DNA of 64,000 nt from an uncultured Gammaproteobacteria bacterium (GTDB lineage: Bacteria > Patescibacteriota > Microgenomatia > 0-14-0-10-38-17): NCBI GenBank assembly GCA_964348895.1, contig CAYGEH010000001.1, positions 546,254 to 610,253 on the forward strand, written 5' to 3'. Positions 9,645 through 20,076 of the stretch are shown one piece after another. The notes under the pieces are model-generated. The model worked only from the letters and a program-made list of their open reading frames with translations, did not search any database and was not told the origin of the DNA. The first letter of the stretch is position 1. Every line of letters begins with the position of its first letter. The translations under genes and the position numbers were made by a program.

Positions 9645-10394
9645 TTATTGTTTTTGAACAAGAAGAAAAATCGAAGGACCAAAATTAATTTTGGCTAAAA
9701 CTGGCTGAAGAATTTTTTCTCCCCAGAGTAAAACCCCAGTTGGAATGATTTTTTTTAGCAGTAGCCAGCGAAAATTAGAAACTGACAACTGAACAATAAC
9801 CTTAAAACCATTTTGGTCCAAGTCCTGATTAATCTTCTTGGGGTGATGATTTAGAAAGGGAATGGTTTTTTTACTAATATTGGCGGCCGATCGACGATCA
9901 CGGGGAGAAAGATCTTGGTTAAAAGAAAATTCTCTCCCAAACCACATTTTAAGCCTAGTCTTAAAATTAACTTTATTAGCAAACTCTAAAATTAAATAAC
10001 CATCTTTTTTTAAAGTTTGATTAATATTTTTTAAGACTAAGTTTAAATCTTTTAAGTGGTGAGCAACCCTCACCATTAAAACGACATCAAACTTGCTTTC
10101 CAACTGAAGGTTTTCTCCCCTACCTCTTTTAAAGGTTAAGTTTTGGTATTGAGCAAGTTTTTTTTGAGCCTGATTAATTAACTTTTGAGAGGGTTCAAGT
10201 AAGAGGCAAGATGAAAAGTGGTCAGCGTAAATTGGGGTAATTCGACCAAATCCGGCTCCCAGGTCTAAAATGTTTTTTTGTTTTTTTCGAGGAATTATTT
10301 TTAAAAGTTTGTTCAGAGCAACTTTTTCAGCTTCAAACTCATATTGTCGACCACGCCAATAACGCTGATAATTATAATGATCGTAGAAAGCCAT
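9645..10394 (-). CDS. Class I SAM-dependent methyltransferase
   Basis: Motif I ILDLGAGFGRIT is present. The start was moved to the internal Met (MAFYDHYNYQRYW) to avoid overlap with the upstream dksA-like gene. Confidence 0.7.
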   Translation of the reverse strand: MAFYDHYNYQRYWRGRQYEFEAEKVALNKLLKIIPRKKQKNILDLGAGFGRITPIYADHFSSCLLLEPSQKLINQAQKKLAQYQNLTFKRGRGENLQLESKFDVVLMVRVAHHLKDLNLVLKNINQTLKKDGYLILEFANKVNFKTRLKMWFGREFSFNQDLSPRDRRSAANISKKTIPFLNHHPKKINQDLDQNGFKVIVQLSVSNFRWLLLKKIIPTGVLLWGEKILQPVLAKINFGPSIFLLVQKQ

Positions 10395-10423
10395 TATTTT
10401 TTTCTTAAAAAAAATAGAAGAAG

Positions 10424-10843
10424 TTAATTTTTTTTCTTTTCTTCTTTCTCGAGGCAAGTCAAACAAGTTGTTGTTTCTGGATAAACAATTAAGCGGTCAG
10501 TGTCAATCAACTTAGCACATTTTTCACAAGCACCATAATTACCAATTTTAACTCTAGTTAGAGCTTTGCGAACCTGAATAAGGCGACGACGAAGCTGATT
10601 TTGAATTGCGGCGTTTTTCATATGGCCAAATTGTTCTTCAGCGTCAGCGTCTGGAGAGGCATTATTTGAGCCTCGATTTAAGCTCTTAAAAGGATCTTCT
10701 TCTTTTAAGTTTCTAATTTTTTTTAAAATTTTTCTTTCTTCTCCAACTAAAAAATGGCCAATTGGAGCCAAGAGATGGGTTGGAAAAACAAATCTGGCCT
10801 GATCGCTTTTATTTTTAGTTAACTTTTTTTTATTTTTAACCAT
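10424..10843 (-). CDS. DksA/TraR-family C4 zinc-finger protein
   Basis: C-terminal CEKCAKLIDTDRL...CLTCLEK CxxC...CxxC finger typical of DksA/TraR. Confidence 0.7.
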   Translation of the reverse strand: MVKNKKKLTKNKSDQARFVFPTHLLAPIGHFLVGEERKILKKIRNLKEEDPFKSLNRGSNNASPDADAEEQFGHMKNAAIQNQLRRRLIQVRKALTRVKIGNYGACEKCAKLIDTDRLIVYPETTTCLTCLEKEEKKKN

Positions 10844-11585
10844 TTTTTGTTTTTAATATTTTAGAGATTCTTTGGCTGGCCATTTTAGCTGATTCGCTTT
10901 CTGACCTTAAGAATAAAGCCACCAAAGACCAGAAAAACAACACTGCTCCTAAAGTCGCTTCTAAGTATAAACCAGAAGACAAGAGAAAAGCAAGTGGAGT
11001 GAAGCTAAAGAAAAAAATAGCGTTGTTTATTAATAAAGCGAAACCAATTTTTCCTGAGGGGTACCAGACCAAAGAACGGTAGGATTTTAAGGCCCAAATT
11101 ACTGGACCAATCAGAAGCAGGGTTAGTCCGAAAACAATTAAATAAAAATCTTCCTGACCAGACAGCCATTGTCCCAGAAAAAAGCCACTGGTGAAAATTA
11201 GCCATGGTCCAGTTGCCTGATCGGCTAGCTTCCAAATTTGGAAGCGACGCTTTTTAGCCCAAAAATAACTAGCAACAATTATTGCCAAAAACCCGCCAGA
11301 AAACGATAGTCCTGGATAGCGCCAAAGAAATAAAAGCTTGGTTGGTGAATCAAAGTTTTGAAAATTATCTAAAAAGAAAACCAGGCGAGCCCCAATTAAC
11401 CAAAACAGCAAGCTGTTAACTAAAAAGCTGATTGGTTCCTCGTCACTCGGAAACTCTTTTCTTGCTTGACGAAAAAAAACAAAAGAGGCAGCAAGAAAGG
11501 CCAAAAATAAGCTTAGGCCAAAAACAGTAACCCCTCCCCTACCCCAAGGGAGGTTAATTAAGTTAGTTGCGATGTCTTTAGGCAT
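10836..11585 (-). CDS. lgt: Putative prolipoprotein diacylglyceryl transferase
   Basis: Polytopic membrane protein with LADQATGPWLIFTSGFFLGQWLSGQE resembling the Lgt signature region. The match is weak. Confidence 0.45.
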   Translation of the reverse strand: MPKDIATNLINLPWGRGGVTVFGLSLFLAFLAASFVFFRQARKEFPSDEEPISFLVNSLLFWLIGARLVFFLDNFQNFDSPTKLLFLWRYPGLSFSGGFLAIIVASYFWAKKRRFQIWKLADQATGPWLIFTSGFFLGQWLSGQEDFYLIVFGLTLLLIGPVIWALKSYRSLVWYPSGKIGFALLINNAIFFFSFTPLAFLLSSGLYLEATLGAVLFFWSLVALFLRSESESAKMASQRISKILKTKNG

Positions 11586-12894
11586 TTTTTTCTAGAGGAT
11601 AAAAACTAATTTGTTTTTGCATAAAACGCAAGTTAACTAAACCAACGGGACCATTGCGGTGCTTGGCTATTTCTAGAGTTATATTTTCTCGATCATTATC
11701 GTCTTCACGATAAAGAAACATTACCACGTCAGAATCTTGCTCAATAGAACCACTTTCGCGTAAATCAGCTAGTCGCGGTCGCTGACCACCACGGACCTCA
11801 ACCGCCCGAGAAAGTTGAGAAAGAGCAAGAATTGGGATTTTTAACTCTCTGGCTAGATTCTTTAATCCCTGAGATATTTCAGAAACCTCCTGAACTCGGT
11901 TTTCAATATTTCTTCCATGAATCAACTGAAGGTAGTCAACGACTAACAATTTTAAACCCCTTTCCATTTGTAATCTTCTGGTCTTAGTGCGCATTTCTAA
12001 AATTGAAATGCCTGGAGTATCGTCAATATAAAGAGGAGCCTCGGCCAGGGTTCCCATAGCATCGGAAAGACGAGAAAAATCATCTTCGTCTAACCGACCA
12101 GTTTTAAGCTTCCAGCTGTCAATTTGAGCTTGGCGCACCAAAAGACGGTCAACCAGCTCTTCTTGGCTCATTTCTAGGGAAAAAATTCCAGTTGGAATTT
12201 TTTCTTCAACTGCCACATGGCGAGCGATATTAAGGCTTAAGGCTGTTTTTCCAATACCAGGCCGGGCTGCTAAAATTATCAAGTTAGAATCTTGCATTCC
12301 AGCCAAGAGGTTATCAAGCTGGGAAAAGCCTGTTGGTAATCCCCTCAAACCGCTGGATCTTTTATGGAGCTCATCAAGGCGATCAAATGATTCAACGAGA
12401 GCATCCTTGACTGGAATAAAACCCCTTGCTAGACCCGACTGAGAGATAGAAAAAACCTCTTTTTCTGCTTCCTCTAAAACCTCATGAGCCTCTCTTCCCT
12501 CATCAAAAGCTAATGAAGAAATTTTCCCAGAGGCAGAAATAAGCTGTCGCTTAATCCAGTTTCTTTTAATGATTTGAGTGTGGTCTTCAACATTGGCCGC
12601 TGTTGCCACCCGATTAGTTAGTTCTGCCAAGTATGAGGCTCCGCCGATTCGAGCCAAATCTTTAGTTTTTTTTAATTCTGAAGTTAAGGTGACAAGGTCA
12701 ATCGGTCGGCGATTTTCATAAAGAATTAAAGCTGCTTCATAGATCCGCCCATTATTTTCGTCATAAAAATATTCAGGTTTCAGCGAGGGGGCAATTATAG
12801 AGATGGCGTCTTTGTCGATTAAAATGGATCCTAGGACCGATTCTTCTGCTTCGCTTGAATGAGGGGGGATTTTTAATGGTTTTTTAGTTGGCAT
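11578..12894 (-). CDS. dnaB: Replicative DNA helicase DnaB
   Basis: DnaB N-domain plus RecA-like domain with Walker A GIGKTALSLNIARH. Confidence 0.9.
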   Translation of the reverse strand: MPTKKPLKIPPHSSEAEESVLGSILIDKDAISIIAPSLKPEYFYDENNGRIYEAALILYENRRPIDLVTLTSELKKTKDLARIGGASYLAELTNRVATAANVEDHTQIIKRNWIKRQLISASGKISSLAFDEGREAHEVLEEAEKEVFSISQSGLARGFIPVKDALVESFDRLDELHKRSSGLRGLPTGFSQLDNLLAGMQDSNLIILAARPGIGKTALSLNIARHVAVEEKIPTGIFSLEMSQEELVDRLLVRQAQIDSWKLKTGRLDEDDFSRLSDAMGTLAEAPLYIDDTPGISILEMRTKTRRLQMERGLKLLVVDYLQLIHGRNIENRVQEVSEISQGLKNLARELKIPILALSQLSRAVEVRGGQRPRLADLRESGSIEQDSDVVMFLYREDDNDRENITLEIAKHRNGPVGLVNLRFMQKQISFYPLEKNA

Positions 12895-12980
12895 CTTTGA
12901 TGCTAATTATAGCTTATATTAATCTGTTTAGATAATTATTAAACCACTACCTTAAGGGGGTTGACGATGATTTGAAGAAG

Positions 12981-13637
12981 CTAGTTCTTGCCGCGATTTT
13001 CAAGCAAAATAAATTTTTTTACCTCTTCACCAATAAGATCGTTTTTGCTAATGATTAGCTTTGATTCTACTTTGGGGCTTTCTCCTGCTTCTTTTAGAAA
13101 ATTAACAATTGGTTCAACCTGATCTAGTGGTAGATGACCGCTTTCTTTAATATAATGAATCGGCAGAATAATTTTTGCTTCAATTTGGCGAATAATTTCG
13201 GCGGCGTATTTAACTGTCAAGCCATTTTCTTCTCCTAGGGGCAGAAAAACAATATCAGGAGAGTCAAGTTGGGCAAGAGATTCTTTGCTGAGCTGGTGGT
13301 TGAGTTGACCCAAATGGGCAATGCTGATTTCGCCAATATGGAAAAGATAAATAACATTATCACTCTTTTTGTTGTTATTTTCTTTTTCTTGACAAGAGGG
13401 AATTCCTAAAACATTAATGCCGCCAATCTCATATTCTCCTGGGGCATTGATAACAAAAGGCTCCCCTTTGACGACTTGATTGCCATGAAGAGGGTTAGGA
13501 CGACTAACAGTGATTAAGCTAGCTTCGGCTAGAGATGTCCTTGGTTTCAGGGTTGCTTCGTCATAGGGGTCAGTAATAATAATCCCTCTTTTGGTGCGAA
13601 TACGAAAACTCCCAAATCCTAAATACCAAATTTCCAT
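12981..13637 (-). CDS. MBL-fold metallo-hydrolase
   Basis: UPF0173-like beta-lactamase-fold sequence (MEIWYLGFGSFRIRTKRGIIITDPY). Confidence 0.6.
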   Translation of the reverse strand: MEIWYLGFGSFRIRTKRGIIITDPYDEATLKPRTSLAEASLITVSRPNPLHGNQVVKGEPFVINAPGEYEIGGINVLGIPSCQEKENNNKKSDNVIYLFHIGEISIAHLGQLNHQLSKESLAQLDSPDIVFLPLGEENGLTVKYAAEIIRQIEAKIILPIHYIKESGHLPLDQVEPIVNFLKEAGESPKVESKLIISKNDLIGEEVKKFILLENRGKN

Positions 13638-13762
13638 AAATATAATTTACCACAAGAAAGAAAGGATGACAATTAATTGCTAAAAATTAAAAATGGAAAA
13701 CGACTTTAATTTTTAACCTTAAGCTGGGCTTTTATTTAGTTTATTAAAATGTATTAACTTAA

Positions 13763-13791
13763 TTGACAATCAAGTCGAGGCAAGTTATATT
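13763..13791 (+). promoter_or_regulatory. Sigma70-like promoter (TTGACA-17-TATATT) for the 13804 gene
   Basis: Consensus -35 with 17-nt spacing to an AT-rich -10, about 12 nt upstream of the start codon. Confidence 0.4.
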
Positions 13792-13803
13792 AAATAAAGA
13801 GAT

Positions 13804-14244
13804 ATGCGTAAAGAGGTTGTTGTTGCAATTGTTTTAGGATTTCTTTTGGGACTATTAATTGTTGGTGGATTTTGGTGGACAAATCAGAGACCAGCAAGCC
13901 CCGTTGGCCAAACAGAAGAAAAAGAACAACCTCTTTCTTCAGAAGAAATCCCCGTTCAAGCAAGTGAGGAGCCGTTAGTTTTTGTTAGAGTTAACTATCC
14001 AGAAGAAGGGGCAATTATTGAGACCAGCGAGGTAAGAATTTCTGGCCAAACCGTTCCCGGAGCGGTGGTAGTTTTAATTTATGCCGAAGGAGAAACAATT
14101 GTTACTGCCGACGACCAAGGGGATTTCGTTGGAACAGCCTTGCTGACTGGTGGAGCCAATGAGGTTAAGGTTGTTTCTTATGACTATCAAGGAAACAAAG
14201 ATGAAGCCACCTTGACGATTGTCTATTCAACTGCTAAATTATAG
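13804..14244 (+). CDS. Membrane-anchored protein with Ig-like (bacterial Ig) domain
   Basis: N-terminal TM helix followed by a beta-rich, Ig-like region. Confidence 0.4.
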   Translation: MRKEVVVAIVLGFLLGLLIVGGFWWTNQRPASPVGQTEEKEQPLSSEEIPVQASEEPLVFVRVNYPEEGAIIETSEVRISGQTVPGAVVVLIYAEGETIVTADDQGDFVGTALLTGGANEVKVVSYDYQGNKDEATLTIVYSTAKL

Positions 14245-14246
14245 TA

Positions 14247-14975
14247 TTGACTAAAATGCTCAAGGTTAAGCAAACATTATTTTTATTGTTGGGGTTTGGA
14301 TTCTTTTTATTGATTACACCGATTGGAGCAATTGAAGAGGCGCCTTCTCTCAAAGAAGATCAGCAAAAAGCTGATCTTTTAAGAAAAGAAGTTGAGGCAA
14401 TTTTAGCCGAAACTGACGGCGAAGACAGCCAAAAACTAATGATAAGAAAGGCTTTCTGTGGTAATCTGGTGGCACATCAAGAAAACGGCAAAGAACTATC
14501 AATCGAAGTTGATGGTCAAAGAAGATCTGCTTTTTATAATGACCAAACAGTAATGATTGGAATTAATCGGGAAAGAATTACTCCACAAGACTTAGAAATG
14601 GGCAACTACTTGGTAGCAATGGGATATGTTAATCGACTTGATCCAGATAAACTTGAAATTAGAAGATTGGTGATTCAAGAAACACCACCCCCAATTACCA
14701 GAGAATCTTTTTTTGGTTTAGTTAGCGATATTTCTTCTGAAGAAGAAGTTTTTGTTTTGACTCAAGGTGATTTAGTTTTGGAGGTGTTGGCTGACAAGGC
14801 CAGTTTGAGCTATCAAGATAAAGAGGGTAAAATTTTTACTGGAAAGTTTGAGCGTCTAGAAGAGCAAAACCGAATAGTGATGGTTGGTCAAAGACAAAAT
14901 AATAGCGATAGAATTAAAGCCACTAAAATTCATATTGCGACCCCTGTTTCAGGCTCTGTTCAGGCGGACGAGTAA
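14247..14975 (+). CDS. Secreted hypothetical protein
   Basis: Signal-peptide-like N-terminus. Adjacent to, and co-oriented with, 13804..14244. Confidence 0.4.
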   Translation: MTKMLKVKQTLFLLLGFGFFLLITPIGAIEEAPSLKEDQQKADLLRKEVEAILAETDGEDSQKLMIRKAFCGNLVAHQENGKELSIEVDGQRRSAFYNDQTVMIGINRERITPQDLEMGNYLVAMGYVNRLDPDKLEIRRLVIQETPPPITRESFFGLVSDISSEEEVFVLTQGDLVLEVLADKASLSYQDKEGKIFTGKFERLEEQNRIVMVGQRQNNSDRIKATKIHIATPVSGSVQADE

Positions 14976-15027
14976 CCCCTTCTCTTCTCTGTTAAAATTT
15001 AGTCAAATTTAGTAAAATTAGATAAAG

Positions 15028-16326
15028 TTGTTTAACAAAACAATAAAACCAGTTAAGGGAACAAGAGATTTTTATCCCGAAGATCAGGTGTGGCAAAGTT
15101 GGCTTTACAAGAAGGCCAGAATTGCCAGTGAAAGCTTTGGATATCAAGAATACGAAGGCCCAATCTTAGAGCCCATCTCTTTATATTTAGCTAAGTCTTC
15201 AGAGGAAATTGTCAAAAGGCAATCGTTTGTTGTTCCAGTTAAGGGTGAGTCGGAAAAAAATAATTTAGTTTTAAGACCAGAATTAACCCCAACCTTAGCG
15301 CGAATGGTAGCAAGCAAAGAACACCAGTTAATTTTTCCTTTGCGTTGGTGGTCTTGGGGAAGATTTTTTCGTTACGAAACACCCCAGAGGGGTCGGGGAA
15401 GAGAGTTTTATCAATGGAATCTAGACATTCTAGGTCAAGATTCTCCTAGCGCTGACGCTGAAATTATTTCTCTGGGGATAAACTTTCTGGCCTCTTTAGG
15501 ATTAACCAGTGAAGAGGTGGTTGTTAAAATCAACGACCGCAAGTATTTAGAGAATAAGTTTAAAATTATTGGGCTCTCGGAACAAAAGAGACTTTCTCTA
15601 TTTCGAATTATTGATAAAAAAGAAAAGGTTTCGCCATCCAGCTTTAGGCAAATGTTATCCCAAGAAGGATTAGACAAGCTCCAAGTCAAGGACCTTGAAT
15701 TATCGTTGCAGGACAATGATTACTCTAATGAATCGTCTTGGTTAACAGACCTTTTTTCTTCTTTATCTGATCTTGGAGTAGCAGATTGGGTGAAGTTTGA
15801 CCCAACTATCGTTCGTGGTTTTGATTATTACACCGATACTGTTTTTGAAGCTCAACTAAAAAAAGCTGAGGGCCGATCATTATTTGGTGGTGGTCGTTAT
15901 CAGGGCCTAGTTGGTGACGTCGGAGGAAAAAGGAAAATTGGTGGAGTTGGTTTGGCAGCTGGAGATATGATGATCTATCAGCTTTTATTAGAACTAAATC
16001 GCTTGCCGGCTTTGTCGAGCTTGTCGGCTAAAACCTTGGTTACTGTTTTTAACGAAGAGTTGTTTCGCACTTCCCTCTTGGTGGCCAACAAGCTAAGAAG
16101 GGCAGGAATAAACATAGAGACATATTTAGACTATCGCATTTCTTTGGCCAAACAACTCAATTATGCTAACAAAAAAAGGTTTAAGTTGGCCTTGATTATT
16201 GGACCAGAAGAAAAGGCTTCTGGTCAGATCGCAATTAAAAACCTAATTTCTGGTCAGCAAAAACTAGTTAAAGAGGAAGACTTGGTTAGCGTTTTAAAAA
16301 AAGAAAACAGAGAGACCCTTGATTAG
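15028..16326 (+). CDS. hisS: Histidine--tRNA ligase
   Basis: N-terminus MFNKTIKPVKGTRDFYPED, class II motifs, and a C-terminal anticodon-binding domain. Confidence 0.85.
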   Translation: MFNKTIKPVKGTRDFYPEDQVWQSWLYKKARIASESFGYQEYEGPILEPISLYLAKSSEEIVKRQSFVVPVKGESEKNNLVLRPELTPTLARMVASKEHQLIFPLRWWSWGRFFRYETPQRGRGREFYQWNLDILGQDSPSADAEIISLGINFLASLGLTSEEVVVKINDRKYLENKFKIIGLSEQKRLSLFRIIDKKEKVSPSSFRQMLSQEGLDKLQVKDLELSLQDNDYSNESSWLTDLFSSLSDLGVADWVKFDPTIVRGFDYYTDTVFEAQLKKAEGRSLFGGGRYQGLVGDVGGKRKIGGVGLAAGDMMIYQLLLELNRLPALSSLSAKTLVTVFNEELFRTSLLVANKLRRAGINIETYLDYRISLAKQLNYANKKRFKLALIIGPEEKASGQIAIKNLISGQQKLVKEEDLVSVLKKENRETLD

Positions 16327-16450
16327 ATTGGAGCTTATTTTTAATTTTAAAATAAATAGTTGTTTTGAGTTTGGTTTGGAAATGAAAAAGAAGCCATAAA
16401 GGTTAGTCCGCATTTTTCTTGTAATTTTGTGTTAAAATAGGCTTTGAATT

Positions 16451-16759
16451 ATGACAAAACTAAAAACCAATCAAGTTCGATACTACCCTAAAGCGAAGGT
16501 TGTTTGTGCTTGTGGGAATAATTTTACCCTTGGCTCAACCAAGTCCGAGATTAAAGTTGACCTTTGTTCGGCCTGTCATCCCTTTTTTACTGGGCAAATG
16601 AAGTACATCGATGTTGGCGGTCGAGTGAAGCGATTTGAGAACTGGATGGAGCAGGTTAAGAAAAGCCCCAAAAAGACAACTAAAAAAACCAGAAGGGCGA
16701 AAAACGCTTCAGTCGCCTCGACTAAGACTTTAAAAGAAATGCTCGAACAAGCAAAATAA
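16451..16759 (+). CDS. rpmE: 50S ribosomal protein L31 (Zn-ribbon type) with Lys-rich C-terminal extension
   Basis: CACGNNF...[11 protein letters not shown] matches the L31 CxxC...CxxC ribbon. Confidence 0.85.
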   Translation: MTKLKTNQVRYYPKAKVVCACGNNFTLGSTKSEIKVDLCSACHPFFTGQMKYIDVGGRVKRFENWMEQVKKSPKKTTKKTRRAKNASVASTKTLKEMLEQAK

Positions 16760-16972
16760 AAGCTAATTAGGAAAAAGATTTAATCGGTTAAACAAAGGAT
16801 TGTTTTTTTTGGTTTTTAAGACAAGAAGATAGATTATTAAATAATCCGCCCAGTTTCTCGTTTTAAAAAAATAAGCGAACAAAAAAAATCACAAGCAATT
16901 AATCTCTTTATCTGAAGATCAATAAACTTGAAGCTTCGTAGAAAGAAGAATTAGAAATTAAAATTTCAAATA

Positions 16973-17698
16973 GTGGCTGTTATTATTGAAGTTCGTTCTG
17001 GCACTGGTGGCGATGAGGCCAAGATTTGGCAACAGGATTTATTGAGGATGTATCAACGCTTTGCTCTTCAAAATAATTGGTCAGCTAAAATTTTGGCCGA
17101 AGACCGCCTAGAAATTAAAGAAGACGAGGCTTATTCCTTGTTGATTTGGGAATCGGGAGTTCATCGAGTACAAAGAATTCCTAACACCGAAAGAAGAGGT
17201 AGGGTTCACACCTCAACCGCTTCGGTGGTAGTCTTGTCTAAGGAAAACAACACCTCCTCTTTGGTTGATGTTAATTTGGCCGATTTAGAAATAGAGTTTT
17301 TTCGGGCTGGCGGTCATGGGGGACAGAATGTTAACAAGCTATCTACGGCCGTGCGTTTGCGCCATAAACCAACTGGTATTGTGGTTGTTTCTCAATCAGA
17401 AAGACAGCAACATCAAAACCGAGAAATAGCTTTGGAAAAAATAAAAGCAGAATTAGCCAAACGCCAGGCTAGCCTTGAAAGGGGGGATCGAGACGAAATC
17501 AGGCGCCAAGCCATTGGTGAGGCTGAAAGAGCGGAAAAAATTAGAACCTATAACTTTCCTCAAAATAGGGTTACCGATCATCGACTTAATAAATCTTGGC
17601 AGAACCTAGATCAAGTAGTTGACGGAAACTTGAACAGAATTATTAAATCTCTCCAGAATCAAAATAAAAAAGACAAAAAAAAAGAACTAGTTTATTGA
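16973..17698 (+). CDS. prfA: Peptide chain release factor 1, lacking N-terminal domain 1
   Basis: PxT codon-recognition motif (IPNTERRGR) and GGQ motif ([11 protein letters not shown]) are present. A GTG start directly follows an in-frame TAG at 16952..16954. Confidence 0.75.
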   Translation: MAVIIEVRSGTGGDEAKIWQQDLLRMYQRFALQNNWSAKILAEDRLEIKEDEAYSLLIWESGVHRVQRIPNTERRGRVHTSTASVVVLSKENNTSSLVDVNLADLEIEFFRAGGHGGQNVNKLSTAVRLRHKPTGIVVVSQSERQQHQNREIALEKIKAELAKRQASLERGDRDEIRRQAIGEAERAEKIRTYNFPQNRVTDHRLNKSWQNLDQVVDGNLNRIIKSLQNQNKKDKKKELVY

Positions 17699-18831
17699 CC
17701 TCTTAGTTTGACTTCAGTTTGCCAAACTTCCCCTTCGCGCCAAATTTGAAGAGAAATAACATCCCCAATTCTTTTTTGATTAATAATTTCGGCAACGTTA
17801 CCACCAGTTTCTTTTATTTCTTGATTATCAATTTTAAGAATAATATCACCAGGCTCAACTCCAGCGTCTAGGGCAGAAGAGTTGGTGATTACTTCGACCA
17901 CATAAGCCCCTTCAGGAATTTCGTTTAAAATTGCCGCCTCTTTGGTGACAACAGAATAGCGGATACCCAAGAATGGTCGACTAAATTCACCGGTGGTTAG
18001 AAAGTTTTCTACCACATTGCGAACGACATTAATAGGAATGGCAAATCCGATGTTTTGTGCTCCTTGAGCCACAGCGACATTAATGCCGATTGCTTGACCA
18101 GCAGAGTTTAATAAGGGACCGCCGGAATTGCCTGGATTAATTGCGGCGTCAGTTTGAATAACGTTATCTAACTGTTCAACATAGCCAGCAAAGGGAGATC
18201 CAGCGATCACCCCTCGACCCAAACCAGAAATTACTCCAGTGGTGACAGTATGACGAAATTCTCCTAGGGCAGTGCCGATTGCTAGGGCAAATTGCCCAAC
18301 TCGTAACTCGTCGGAGTCTCCCAGTTCTATAATTGGCAAATTATTCCCATCTATTTTTAAAATAGCCAGATCGTTAGAGGGGTCGCGGTAAATATTTTTA
18401 ACCTCATAAGTTTGGTTGTCGGCGGTAATAATTCGATATTGAGCTTCTGGATCAGAGACAACATGCTTATTGGTGATAATTAAGCCGTTTGAATCAATAA
18501 TAAACCCGCTACCAATGTCTTGTTCGACTTGTTGTTCTTGGGTATCGAAAAAGGAAAAAGGATCAAAGGGGTTAAAAGTAGAAAAACGCTCTGTTTTATT
18601 AATTCCAACCGTAACCACCGCTGGAGAAATCTTTTCCGCAATATCAATTATCATTGACTCTTCCTGGACAATTCTATTGGTGACAGTGGCGACTGGAGTG
18701 GTTTCTCTGGGCCACCAAGAATCAAGAAACTCATAGCCAATTAAACGATCAAAAATGGCTCCAGCTACAAGAGCAACCAAAAATAAAGAAAAAACAACTA
18801 AAACAAAAAAAACTTTATTTTTAAAAACCAT
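17692..18831 (-). CDS. htrA: HtrA/DegP-family serine protease with PDZ domain
   Basis: Catalytic GNSGGPL motif, trypsin fold and a C-terminal PDZ domain. Confidence 0.85.
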   Translation of the reverse strand: MVFKNKVFFVLVVFSLFLVALVAGAIFDRLIGYEFLDSWWPRETTPVATVTNRIVQEESMIIDIAEKISPAVVTVGINKTERFSTFNPFDPFSFFDTQEQQVEQDIGSGFIIDSNGLIITNKHVVSDPEAQYRIITADNQTYEVKNIYRDPSNDLAILKIDGNNLPIIELGDSDELRVGQFALAIGTALGEFRHTVTTGVISGLGRGVIAGSPFAGYVEQLDNVIQTDAAINPGNSGGPLLNSAGQAIGINVAVAQGAQNIGFAIPINVVRNVVENFLTTGEFSRPFLGIRYSVVTKEAAILNEIPEGAYVVEVITNSSALDAGVEPGDIILKIDNQEIKETGGNVAEIINQKRIGDVISLQIWREGEVWQTEVKLRGQ

Positions 18832-18852
18832 AATTAATCTTTTTTAGTATAG

Positions 18853-20076
18853 TTAATTGCTTATTAGTTGGTCAAGGGCAACTTGAAGAACTTCATCTTC
18901 TTCGGTGTCAAAATTATCTTCAACTTCAACGTCAGGCTTAACGCCTTTTTGATGAATTTCTGTTCCTGATGGCAAAAGCCAGCGAGCAATAGTGACATGA
19001 AGAGAAGCATTATCGGCTAACTCCTTAGACTGTTGAATTGTTCCTTTACCGAAAGTAGTCTGACCAACTATTCTTGCCTCTCTTTGCTCTCTTAAAGAAC
19101 CGGCAACAATTTCGGCAGCTGAAGCACTGCCTTGATTAACGATAACTACTAAAGGGGTTTGGGTTAATTTTCCTTGACGGTTAACAGAGAATGTTTGTCT
19201 ATTGTTTGAGGCTCCTTCTTGGTGGACAATTACGCCCTGAGAAAGAAATTCTGAGGCAACATAAACTGCTCCTTCTAGGTAGCCACCTGGATTATTTCTT
19301 AAATCAAGGATAACTCCAGCAAAATTATCATTTTGATTTTTTAGCTGGTTGATTTGATTAACAGCTTCATCCCATTGTTCAATGGTGCTATCGCCGAAAC
19401 GAGCCAGTTTAAGATGAGCAAAAAGTTGATTGTTTTGTTTAATTTCTTCTAAAACAACACGAGGAATAACAATCTCAGCTCTGACTATTTCTATCTCAAA
19501 CGGTTCGCTTATCCCCTCTCTTACCAGAGTTAGGATTACTTTTGACTCCTTGGGACCACGAATAATTTCCATTGCTTCAATTAAAGACAGATCGGCTGAG
19601 CCCTGATCAATTCCCTTGCTTTCATCTTTAAGATGAATAATCAAGTCTCCGGCTTTAACTCCGGCTTTTTGTGCTGGAGTTCCTTCAAGAGGAGCAATTA
19701 CGGCCAGCTGGTTGTTTCTGTAGCCCAATTCAATGCCAATACCACCAAAGCTGCCAGTCATATCTTCTTGAAACTTTTTGTTATCTTCTGGAGAAAGAAA
19801 AACAGTATAGGGGTCTCCCAGAGATGAAACCATTCCCTTAATTGAGCCATAAAGAAGATTTTGCTGGTCTTGAAGCTTGTCTCTTTCTAAATAAAGCTGG
19901 TCTAGAATTTGATAAACCTGACCAAAAAGAGCAGACTGGGTAAATTCGAGCGGAGAAGATGAGGATCTAAAGCTTGGTTTGTTTGGGCTATTTTGTCCTA
20001 AACGCCAACCAGCACCAAAAGACAACGCCAACAGGGCCAAGCCTAAAACAAAGTTGCGAAACTGTTTAATTTTCAT
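18853..20076 (-). CDS. ctpA: S41 carboxyl-terminal processing peptidase
   Basis: PDZ plus S41 catalytic region with TFGKGT motif. Confidence 0.8.
   Translation of the reverse strand: MKIKQFRNFVLGLALLALSFGAGWRLGQNSPNKPSFRSSSSPLEFTQSALFGQVYQILDQLYLERDKLQDQQNLLYGSIKGMVSSLGDPYTVFLSPEDNKKFQEDMTGSFGGIGIELGYRNNQLAVIAPLEGTPAQKAGVKAGDLIIHLKDESKGIDQGSADLSLIEAMEIIRGPKESKVILTLVREGISEPFEIEIVRAEIVIPRVVLEEIKQNNQLFAHLKLARFGDSTIEQWDEAVNQINQLKNQNDNFAGVILDLRNNPGGYLEGAVYVASEFLSQGVIVHQEGASNNRQTFSVNRQGKLTQTPLVVIVNQGSASAAEIVAGSLREQREARIVGQTTFGKGTIQQSKELADNASLHVTIARWLLPSGTEIHQKGVKPDVEVEDNFDTEEDEVLQVALDQLISN

Noticed and set aside
10395-10466. Extended start of the methyltransferase (MFDLPRERRKEKK...)
   Set aside because: It overlaps the dksA-like gene, and the basic low-complexity tail looks spurious. 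MAFYDHY is the likely start.
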